34,059 nt of DNA from a virus (lineage: Duplodnaviria; Caudoviricetes), in IMG/VR virus record IMGVR_UViG_3300030376_003719, positions 1 to 34,059 of that record. The stretch is one strand, 5' to 3'. A program made the position numbers and the translations under genes. Positions 16,632 through 24,059 of this stretch are shown piece by piece. Position 1 is the first letter of the stretch. Each line of letters begins with the position of its first letter. The notes beneath the pieces were generated by a model that was given only the letters and a program-made list of their open reading frames with translations, was not told the origin of the DNA and did no database searches.

Positions 16632-17122
16632 TGCCGACTCTCTACGAATTGAGCGCGGACCTCATGTACATCTTGGACCTGTCGGACAAGGAGGGAGGGG
16701 ATGAATCGCTTGAGAAGGCGATGGAGGACATCCAAGGGTCTATTGAAGAGAAGGCCGAAGCCATAGGCATGTTGGTTGCTGAGATGAATGCACTTGCTGA
16801 TGCGCGGAAGGCTGAGGCTCAGAGGTTGATGAATCGTTCTAAGGTCGCGGCCAATGCGGCGAAGCGGGCCAAGGAGTATCTGCGCGAGAACATGGCGATG
16901 TGTGGGATGCAATCTCTTGAAACCAAGAGCTTCAAGATCAGCAGGTGCAGGAACAGCAAGGGTTCCGTTGTTGTCGATGACCACCTGGTTCCTGACGAGT
17001 ACAAGTCAGAGACGGTCCAGACGAAGATTGACACGGATCGCATCCGAGAAGAGTTGGAGTCTGGTGCCGTCCTTCCGTTCGCTACGCTGAAGGAGCGTGG
17101 TGAGAATCTCCGAATCAAATGA
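16628..17122 (+). CDS. Siphovirus Gp157 family protein
   Basis: LYEL...IEEKAE...EAQRL..R...KEYL...M...VPDEY...ID...I...L..G...A.L....LRIK. Confidence 0.85.
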   Translation: MMPTLYELSADLMYILDLSDKEGGDESLEKAMEDIQGSIEEKAEAIGMLVAEMNALADARKAEAQRLMNRSKVAANAAKRAKEYLRENMAMCGMQSLETKSFKISRCRNSKGSVVVDDHLVPDEYKSETVQTKIDTDRIREELESGAVLPFATLKERGENLRIK

Positions 17123-17133
17123 AAGGGAACCAT

Positions 17134-17265
17134 ATGAGCTACAGACCGAACATCTCGCAACTGTTTGTGGGTAAGTCACCGAAGCCACAAGAGGAGCGCA
17201 AGAGCGTGCAGCCCAAACCTAACTCAAGCAAGGAAAAGGAATTGAAGGAGGGCAAGAGTGAGTAG
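17134..17265 (+). CDS. Small basic protein (43 aa, not in ORF track)
   Basis: GAAAGGGA RBS then MSYRPNISQLFVGKSPKPQEE...KSE*; fills the gap exactly. Confidence 0.5.
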   Translation: MSYRPNISQLFVGKSPKPQEERKSVQPKPNSSKEKELKEGKSE

Positions 17266-18034
17266 AAAACTTCCCGCCATCCAGTTCTACACCGGAGACT
17301 GGCTGAAGGACGAGGGGGTGAACCTCTCGTCCCTCGCCGCTCAAGGACTCTGGATCAACATGCTCTGCTACATGAACGCATCACCTGTGCGCGGTACTTT
17401 GGCGAAGGCGAACGGTGAACCGATGACCGTTGAAGACCTGGCCCACCTCGTTCGCATAACTCCAGCCGTCTGCAAGGGTTTGCTTGACGAACTGGTCAAC
17501 AACAACGTGCCGACCGTTGAGTACGACGGTGCGAAAGTCCCCATGTTCACCAGCCGACGCATGGTGGCCGATGAAAGGGTACGGCAAAGGTGTGCCGAAG
17601 GGGGTCGCAAAGGGGGGGGCAACCCCACCTTCAAAACTGGAGGCCAAAGGTTGAAGGGGTCTTCATCTTCACTTTCAACTTCAACTTCAACTTCAACTTC
17701 GATTGATATACCACCTGAGAAGTTTGGTTCTGTCTATGGTTCAAATCTTGAGGAGGCTTCTGATCGTGTGTTTGTCTCCATCCCGGCCAAGAGGCGGAGG
17801 CAGCCATCGACAGCGAGGAGGGCGATCCAGCACGCAATCGGCAGAGAGATCGGCAACCACGAATCGGTGGACCATGCCGTGCGGTACTTCACGGAACGTG
17901 CAACGGTGTACTACAACTCACCCGAAGGTTCAGGGGAGTTCTGGGTCTACCCGGCCAAGTTCTTCGACGATGAACGGTACTTGGAGCCGACCGAAGCATG
18001 GAACGGACGAGAGAAGGCGAGGAACGGACTGTGA
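17258..18034 (+). CDS. Replication initiator/replisome organiser (YdaU/DUF1376-like N-terminus)
   Basis: PAIQFYTGDWL...LS..AQGLW...SRRMV.D...GRKGG then S/T linker and C-terminal YPAKFF...RY. Confidence 0.75.
   Translation: MSRKLPAIQFYTGDWLKDEGVNLSSLAAQGLWINMLCYMNASPVRGTLAKANGEPMTVEDLAHLVRITPAVCKGLLDELVNNNVPTVEYDGAKVPMFTSRRMVADERVRQRCAEGGRKGGGNPTFKTGGQRLKGSSSSLSTSTSTSTSIDIPPEKFGSVYGSNLEEASDRVFVSIPAKRRRQPSTARRAIQHAIGREIGNHESVDHAVRYFTERATVYYNSPEGSGEFWVYPAKFFDDERYLEPTEAWNGREKARNGL
17574..17700 (+). repeat. Iteron-like AAAGG(G)T repeats and (TTCAAC)x4 in the initiator gene; candidate origin
   Basis: AAGG-core repeats at 17574, 17585, 17597, 17608, 17645, 17653; TTCAAC tandem 17674-17697; lambdoid origins lie in this linker-coding position. 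Confidence 0.45.
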
Positions 18035-18504
18035 GCGGTAATGAGACATGGATGGGTAACAGGTTCCTCATCAACGGCCTCTGGCCTGACGCGGACTTCA
18101 CGGACGAGGAGAAGGAGTTGTTCAACAAGGCGTTTGGTGACCTGAATCAAGATTGGGTCAAGCAGGCCATCGAGCAGGCTGCCATGAACAACGTCGGCAA
18201 AAAACCCTACATCAAGTGGATCAAGGCAGAGTTCAGAAAGGTGAAAGAGCAGAACGCGCACAGGGACTTCAAGAAGGACATCCACCAGAAGGCGGAAACG
18301 CCTGGCGACTTCAATGAGCAGTTTGTCGTCGCCAGAAAGTACATTCAGACGTTTGAACCCGAAACGATCAAAGAGTGCGCTGAGATCGTCAAGCGGAAGA
18401 CAGGCATTGAAATCGACATCACGGATGATGTTGAGAACTGGAGCAAAATGGCCGTTGGAATGATGGCAACGGTCCTTGAACAGAAAGGGAACGGTCATGG
18501 TTGA
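18031..18504 (+). CDS. Probable helicase loader/replication partner
   Basis: GTGA coupling to initiator; helical, L....V.QAI......KP.I pattern; position-based. Confidence 0.45.
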   Translation: MSGNETWMGNRFLINGLWPDADFTDEEKELFNKAFGDLNQDWVKQAIEQAAMNNVGKKPYIKWIKAEFRKVKEQNAHRDFKKDIHQKAETPGDFNEQFVVARKYIQTFEPETIKECAEIVKRKTGIEIDITDDVENWSKMAVGMMATVLEQKGNGHG

Positions 18505-18658
18505 CCTTGAGACAAAGAGTGCGTTGATCGACATGGTGATGGAGGGGTATCTCACCATCAAGCGCAACGAGAACGGTGAAGTCGCCTTCGTCATGACGGA
18601 TGAAGGACGAACGGCCATTGAGCAGTGGTTGTTGGAGGAACGACATGATGCCGATTGA
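18497..18658 (+). CDS. Small winged-helix-like protein
   Basis: GAAAGGGA RBS; L.DMV.EGYL...MTDEGR wing motif. Confidence 0.5.
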   Translation: MVDLETKSALIDMVMEGYLTIKRNENGEVAFVMTDEGRTAIEQWLLEERHDAD

Positions 18659-18968
18659 GATGGCCGACAACCTTGTCAAAGAACATTGGTCTGACCCCAA
18701 AGCCTCGGTGGTCGAATTGAAGAAAAAGGTGATGCAGGTATGTTTGGACATCATCAAAGATCGTGGTGTTGATTGGGAGGACGTGAGGAAATCCAGGCAC
18801 ACCTTTGCATTCGAGGCCAGGCAGCACATCTGCGCGTTTGCGTATCAGGTACTCATTTCTAGAATGTCAGAGGGTGAGATTTCTGAGTGGCTCGGAATCA
18901 AACGAACCACATTTCGCTACAGCAGGGTCGCCTTTTTCGAGAAGCAGAGTGAGCAGATACCAGCGTGA
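18645..18968 (+). CDS. DnaA C-terminal-like HTH protein
   Basis: DVRKSR...ARQHIC....MSEGEISEWLGIKRTTFRYS. Confidence 0.6.
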   Translation: MMPIEMADNLVKEHWSDPKASVVELKKKVMQVCLDIIKDRGVDWEDVRKSRHTFAFEARQHICAFAYQVLISRMSEGEISEWLGIKRTTFRYSRVAFFEKQSEQIPA

Positions 18969-19302
18969 GAAAGGCAAACGGGTGGAACGAGCGGCGGCTC
19001 ACGCATGGACGCGAGTCACCGGAGCCGCCGCCCACCGTTCGCAACAGTTCTGCGGCAAGGACGGTGACGGTGACATCAAGGCGCAGGAGGGAATCCACTT
19101 TGAGGTGAAGGCACGCAAGAAAATCGCGTGTGTTCGCTTCATGGAGCAAGCCAAATCTGACGCAAAGAACGGTGATGTGCCGATAGTCATCATGAAGGAA
19201 GACCGGGGTCCGTTCCTCGTTCTTTGTGAATTGGATGACCTCCAGAAGTTGGCGGAGCTACTCGGTGACTCAGTGCGAGAATGTAGGGTGCCAGAAGACT
19301 GA
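18949..19302 (+). CDS. Holliday junction resolvase (PD-(D/E)xK, Hjc-like)
   Basis: QREKGKRVER, GDI, HFEVK, EQA..DA motifs; GTG start 18949. Confidence 0.8.
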   Translation: MSRYQREKGKRVERAAAHAWTRVTGAAAHRSQQFCGKDGDGDIKAQEGIHFEVKARKKIACVRFMEQAKSDAKNGDVPIVIMKEDRGPFLVLCELDDLQKLAELLGDSVRECRVPED

Positions 19303-19540
19303 TGTCTGGTCAGTGGTACAGACCATAGTCCTCACGGCGACAGCGGCAGGTATCTTCCTGACTGTCGGAAGACGCGACCAGGAAATCACAAACAACACAG
19401 AACGGATCACCGAGCTTCGCCACATCTCGACTGATCTAGTACGCTCTCAGGTCTTGGCTGAGGCGAACGACCAGAACCATGCGGTCGCCCTCGCTGACCT
19501 GAAGAGGCGAATCGAAAAACTCGAAGACTCCGGGAACTGA
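19265..19540 (+). CDS. Membrane-anchored coiled-coil protein (start uncertain)
   Basis: TM helix then coiled coil ending RRIEKLE. Confidence 0.5.
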   Translation: MTQCENVGCQKTDVWSVVQTIVLTATAAGIFLTVGRRDQEITNNTERITELRHISTDLVRSQVLAEANDQNHAVALADLKRRIEKLEDSGN

Positions 19541-19541
19541 A

Positions 19542-19745
19542 ATGGTTGAACATCTCTCAGAGGTCGCCATGTCGCTGGCCGCACCGTTCATCATCGGAGT
19601 ATTCACGTTCCTGTGGCGCATGAACACCAAGATGTCTGCGATGGAGGCAAGGCTCGACGCGCACGAACGGCGAATCTGTGCAAACGGTAACAAGCTGCAA
19701 GCGCATTTTGAGAAAGCCTTCACCATACGGAAAGACAGAGAATGA
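19542..19745 (+). CDS. Small TM + coiled-coil protein (holin-like candidate)
   Basis: One TM helix, basic C-terminus. Confidence 0.5.
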   Translation: MVEHLSEVAMSLAAPFIIGVFTFLWRMNTKMSAMEARLDAHERRICANGNKLQAHFEKAFTIRKDRE

Positions 19746-20125
19746 CACGTCTGCTCAACGCAATATGGCTTTTCACGGTCAGCGCATTCGTCTTGAACGG
19801 TTGCGCTGTCGTTCCCAAGGGGACAACACTGACGGGAAAAGCAACGGAGGTGGTGAGCCAAGCATCATCGCCTCACAACCTGAGTGTGTTGAGCGTGACG
19901 GGCGGACTTTGCCTGGTCGCCGGGATGGCCCTACTCGTTGTTACTTCTGGCCGCAAAGGCTGGTATCCGGTGGTCGGCGGATTTTTGCTTGTGGTTCTCA
20001 ATTTCGTGGTAGCGGAGTTCAGCTACTACCTGTTCATCCCGCTCGCCGTATGCAGCGCGATGATTTCCGCAGCCTGGACCTATCGAACGGTCAGGCAAAT
20101 CCTCATGGAGAAAAAAGCCAAATGA
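19742..20125 (+). CDS. Lipoprotein with C-terminal TM helices (spanin-like candidate)
   Basis: Signal peptide with lipobox LNG-C21, then 2-3 hydrophobic helices. Confidence 0.55.
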   Translation: MTRLLNAIWLFTVSAFVLNGCAVVPKGTTLTGKATEVVSQASSPHNLSVLSVTGGLCLVAGMALLVVTSGRKGWYPVVGGFLLVVLNFVVAEFSYYLFIPLAVCSAMISAAWTYRTVRQILMEKKAK

Positions 20126-20259
20126 CTTCAATTCTTGCAACTGCGTTTTTTGGAACGGTGTGGGGCATGGCACTTCTCGTCATCGCTTCTTTTCTTGCTG
20201 GTGTCATGTTCCGTGATTGGTTTCTCAAGCTCATCACGGGTGGAAAGTGGATGAAGTAA
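20122..20259 (+). CDS. Small membrane protein (45 aa)
   Basis: ATGA coupling; hydrophobic; replaces the track's 19678 start. Confidence 0.55.
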   Translation: MTSILATAFFGTVWGMALLVIASFLAGVMFRDWFLKLITGGKWMK

Positions 20260-20765
20260 TGATGAACGGTCCCATCCTTGCAATGATGATTTCTGGTGGC
20301 ACTTCTGGGGAAGGATGGGCCATTGAATACACGATGGAAGTTGAAGGACCAAGGGTTGTCGTAGAGGGTACGGCACGCATTCTTTTTGAAACCTATGACG
20401 ACAACCCTTGCCTTCAATATGAGTTTGACGTACCTGAAGGACGACTAGCTGGACCAGTGATCTCAAGTGATCCTGGTCAGCCCATGCTCGGATTCGACAC
20501 AGTGACACACGAAGAAAAGTCTGTGTGTGTTGAGTGGTGCGAACGGGCCAACACTCAAATCTTGCACATGCCCTATTCATTGCCGCTGAACTTCATCTTC
20601 TATGTCATCAGGGATCGCTTCGGTCCCGACGATGTGCCGAAGCTCCTTGCTGAGTGGGGAGATACGGACAGTGCGTGGGATCTGAACCTTGACGGAACGG
20701 TCAACGGTCAGGATCTAGCGGTGCTGTTGGGCAGTTGGGAAAACAACGATGGCGGAACGCCGTAG
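20259..20765 (+). CDS. Protein with C-terminal dockerin-like Ca-binding repeat
   Basis: DDVPKLLAEWG...WDLNLDGTVNGQDLAVLLGSW. Confidence 0.65.
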   Translation: MMNGPILAMMISGGTSGEGWAIEYTMEVEGPRVVVEGTARILFETYDDNPCLQYEFDVPEGRLAGPVISSDPGQPMLGFDTVTHEEKSVCVEWCERANTQILHMPYSLPLNFIFYVIRDRFGPDDVPKLLAEWGDTDSAWDLNLDGTVNGQDLAVLLGSWENNDGGTP

Positions 20766-21531
20766 AGCCAAGATAGCTGCAATCAGTTGTACGCACGCAC
20801 CGTTCACACCACCTGAAACCACCCGCTGGCTACTTGATACGCTGGCAGACATACCGGGCATCACGCACTTCGGACATCTTGGTGATGTGTTCGAGGGAGC
20901 AGCCGGAAGCATACACGCCAACGAATACAGCCATGACCTCGAAGACGAGTTCGCGCATGGGGCCAGGTTGCTCAAGGACATCAGGGAAGTTCTGCCTGAG
21001 AAGTGCAACCTGTGGGTCAACACCGGAAACCATGATGACAACCTCATAACTGAAGATCCAAGAAGGGTGCCAAAGCCTCTCAGGTCCATGACCAACTGGA
21101 ACGAACACCCTGAGTTCGGGCAAGAGTTCAAACGGTGGACATGGCTGCCGTACAGCAAATCCAAGGAGGCCATCTACCGTGTCGGTCAGGTTCACTTCTG
21201 GCACGGCTTCGACGCAGGCGCATCATCCTGTGAACTCGAAGGCATACAGATGATCTCGCTGGGTGGGTGGATACCCCATTCTCTCGCCGTTCGTGGACAC
21301 ACACACCGTCCGATTCCGCCCACCCAAGCCTATCGCACCAAACGAATCCCGCTGCCTTACTACTACGCAAACGTCGGAACCTGCGGACCCCTCAACCCGG
21401 AATGGGCCAAGAGAAAAGACACCAGTTTGTGGGGAACAGCTATTCTGGTGGTCGATGCTATATGGGACAAACCAAGCCGCCTGAACGGTAAGTGTTGGGA
21501 GGCGCAGCTTTTGAGGATGCCATGCCGGTGA
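20749..21531 (+). CDS. Calcineurin-like metallophosphoesterase
   Basis: SCTH (DxH variant), LGD, GNHD, HG, GHTH motifs in canonical order. Confidence 0.85.
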   Translation: MAERRRAKIAAISCTHAPFTPPETTRWLLDTLADIPGITHFGHLGDVFEGAAGSIHANEYSHDLEDEFAHGARLLKDIREVLPEKCNLWVNTGNHDDNLITEDPRRVPKPLRSMTNWNEHPEFGQEFKRWTWLPYSKSKEAIYRVGQVHFWHGFDAGASSCELEGIQMISLGGWIPHSLAVRGHTHRPIPPTQAYRTKRIPLPYYYANVGTCGPLNPEWAKRKDTSLWGTAILVVDAIWDKPSRLNGKCWEAQLLRMPCR

Positions 21532-21728
21532 CCCCAGCAGAGAAGTTCAAGGAAGAAGCAGTCAAGATGGTCCGCTACTGGTCCATCGAGTTTGAGCTTG
21601 AACACTGGACGATGGCAGGCGTGATGATGGATGTGGCGATGGATATCCTGTATCGTGAGGCCACGGTCACCGTTGATGACGACGAAGATGATGAGGACGA
21701 GGACGATGAGGAAGAGGATGATGAGTAG
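21522..21728 (+). CDS. Small protein with poly-acidic tail
   Basis: GAGG RBS; ends DDDEDDEDEDDEEEDDE. Confidence 0.6.
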   Translation: MPVTPAEKFKEEAVKMVRYWSIEFELEHWTMAGVMMDVAMDILYREATVTVDDDEDDEDEDDEEEDDE

Positions 21729-22018
21729 TGGGGAAAACTAAAGCCACGCCATCATGGAAGGGGGATACGGTCAGGACGCACCGTCCGAGACTTGAGAAGC
21801 TGAACGACAAGTCCGTGATCCAGGCCCACAGGGGGGGTATCGTGATCGTCGAAGAGGTGGTCATGCTCAATGAAAAGGTCAGCCATGAGGACAAGCTGGA
21901 TCTGGTCTACGCGCTTGAACTTCTTGCCGACTGCGTGAGCGTGCTGAACATACGGTTGCAGAACGAGAAAAAGAAGTCACAGAAGAAAACGAAGAAGAAG
22001 ACCACGAAGAGACGATAG
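21728..22018 (+). CDS. Hypothetical protein with Lys-rich tail
   Basis: Coupled GTG start; ends KKKSQKKTKKKTTKRR. Confidence 0.55.
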   Translation: MGKTKATPSWKGDTVRTHRPRLEKLNDKSVIQAHRGGIVIVEEVVMLNEKVSHEDKLDLVYALELLADCVSVLNIRLQNEKKKSQKKTKKKTTKRR

Positions 22019-22019
22019 A

Positions 22020-22370
22020 ATGAATGGCGACGAAAAGCATGTTGACCCCTCCTCGCTTCCCGATATCTCAGGGGGTAAGGGGGGGCTTTCGCTCAATGAC
22101 CGCGAATCGCTCCGCATGATAAAGCAGGCGGTCACGAACGGTTGGGACATCCCCGATGAGTGGAAGGGCGCACTGCCGGGACTCTGCATGACGATTGCGA
22201 TGGACGACCTGCGCGGCGACCGGGAACGGTTGCGTGCTGTCGAGATCCTCCGGGCCATGCAGCGTGACAACCTCGACGCGGCGCAGGTACTCGACAAGGT
22301 GGAGCGGCTGGATGTGGGGCAGGCCACCGAGCGTATCGAGCTTGGACCCATCGAATGGAAACCGCAGTAG
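22020..22370 (+). CDS. Possible terminase small subunit
   Basis: 116 aa helical, RERLRAVEIL helix and short C-terminal beta tail; near TerL; position-based. Confidence 0.45.
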   Translation: MNGDEKHVDPSSLPDISGGKGGLSLNDRESLRMIKQAVTNGWDIPDEWKGALPGLCMTIAMDDLRGDRERLRAVEILRAMQRDNLDAAQVLDKVERLDVGQATERIELGPIEWKPQ

Positions 22371-22846
22371 ACCGGGATCATCTGGCCGAGCAGTCGCGCA
22401 TTTGGACTGCCTCGCGCCTGTCTTGGTTCCCACTGTGGGAGTTCGGCGATATCTGGTCAGAGGCATACATTCAGGGGCACGCCATCATTCACCTTTGGAA
22501 ACCTGGCAGGGGCGGACTCGGACGCTTCCTTGCTCTTCGCCTCTTTGAGCGTGTCTGGCCCTGCTATCTGAGGGATACCGGCAGAAGGCCAATCAGGCTC
22601 ATCGTGAACGGTAAGTATGAGAAGAGATCGAGCGTGCTGGTGGCTGAAAGCATTGGGCGACGACAAATCAGCTACACACCAAAGCCACCAACCAAGATGC
22701 CATCATGGGTAGACGAGCGGGATCAGCGCATCTTCGACCTCATGGCCCGTGGCCTGAGTCAGCGTCAGGCAGCCGAGGTTGAGGGTATATCAGAGGGTGC
22801 CTTGTCCCGGAGGCTGAAGCACATGGGGTCGCGCCTGTATGATTGA
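22355..22846 (+). CDS. Sigma-70-like (region 2 + region 4) transcription factor
   Basis: DIWSEAYI...WKPGRG.L.RFL (region 2-like); RDQRIF...GLSQRQAAEVEGISEGALSRRLK (region 4 HTH). Confidence 0.65.
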   Translation: METAVDRDHLAEQSRIWTASRLSWFPLWEFGDIWSEAYIQGHAIIHLWKPGRGGLGRFLALRLFERVWPCYLRDTGRRPIRLIVNGKYEKRSSVLVAESIGRRQISYTPKPPTKMPSWVDERDQRIFDLMARGLSQRQAAEVEGISEGALSRRLKHMGSRLYD

Positions 22847-24059
22847 CAGCATGAGGCCAGCACTCAAACTCCCGCCCCCATACCAGAAGCAATATGAGGC
22901 TATATGTGATCCGGCCCGCATTGTGGTGATCGAGGCCAGCACCAAGAGCGGCAAGACTGCCGGGTGCCTGATGTGGATGCTCCAGCAGGCATGGAACAAT
23001 GGGCCTGGCCGTACCTACTGGTGGGTCGCTCCCATCTACGCGCAGGCCAAGAACATCGGCTTTATCCGCATGAAGAACATGCTGAAGCAGGCTGATCCCG
23101 ACAAGAACATTTGGTCATCACATGAGGGGGATCTGTGGGTCGAGCTACACAATGGGTCGCGCATCTGGTTCAAGGGTGCTGACAATCCCGATAGCCTGTA
23201 CGGTGAGGATGTGTATGGGGCTGTCATTGACGAGGCTTCCCGCTGCAAGGAAGATGCGTGGGTCGCTGTCCGCTCGACCCTGACTGCAACGCAAGGCCCG
23301 GTCAGGATCATCGGGAATGTGAAGGGTCGCCGGAACTGGGCCTACCTGCTGGCGCGACTTGCCGAGGGTGGCGAGTCAAACATGGCCTACCACAAGCTCA
23401 CTGCATATGACGCGGTTGAGGGTGGCATCCTCGCCGTTGATGAGGTCGAGTCAGCCAAGCGCATTCTGCCGGATCACATATTCCGAGAGCTTTACCTGGC
23501 GGAACCTTCTGACGATGGCGGCAACCCGTTTGGAATTGCTGCTATCGAAAAGTGCATTCAGCCGATGTCTATACAATCCCCTGTCTGCTTCGGAGTCGAT
23601 CTAGCCAAGTCCGTTGACTACACGGTTGTCGTGGGTTTGGACGATGAAGGTAGGGTAGCATCTTGTGAACGCTGGCAAGGCACAGATTGGAAAACCACCG
23701 TTGAGCGAATACATCGACTGGTCGGAGATGAACGATGCCTTGTGGATTCGACTGGACTCGGTGATCCAGTCGTTGAGCAACTGCAAGAACTCATGCCACA
23801 GGTTGAAGGGTTCAAGTTCAGTGCGTCATCAAAACAGCAGCTTATGGAAGGCTTGGCGCAGGCGATTAGCCGACAGGACATCGGATACCCTGACAACTGG
23901 CTGCGAACAGAACTGGACATCTTTGAATACGAACACACAAGAACCGGAGTCAGGTACGCCGCTCCCGCAGGCTCGCACGACGATGGCGTTTGTGCGCTCG
24001 CTCTGGCTGTCCGCGCTCAAGCGCAACTGAGTACCGGATTCTCCTTTAGGGTCTTTTGA
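22839..24059 (+). CDS. terL: Terminase large subunit
   Basis: Walker A STKSGKT, WVAP, Walker B AVIDEA, nuclease GVDLA and HDD..CALALA. Confidence 0.95.
   Translation: MIDSMRPALKLPPPYQKQYEAICDPARIVVIEASTKSGKTAGCLMWMLQQAWNNGPGRTYWWVAPIYAQAKNIGFIRMKNMLKQADPDKNIWSSHEGDLWVELHNGSRIWFKGADNPDSLYGEDVYGAVIDEASRCKEDAWVAVRSTLTATQGPVRIIGNVKGRRNWAYLLARLAEGGESNMAYHKLTAYDAVEGGILAVDEVESAKRILPDHIFRELYLAEPSDDGGNPFGIAAIEKCIQPMSIQSPVCFGVDLAKSVDYTVVVGLDDEGRVASCERWQGTDWKTTVERIHRLVGDERCLVDSTGLGDPVVEQLQELMPQVEGFKFSASSKQQLMEGLAQAISRQDIGYPDNWLRTELDIFEYEHTRTGVRYAAPAGSHDDGVCALALAVRAQAQLSTGFSFRVF

Noticed and set aside
19678-20121. Overlapping frame as an embedded Rz/Rz1-type gene
   Set aside because: No signal peptide, lipobox or TM segment in this part; only 20122-20259 looks coding
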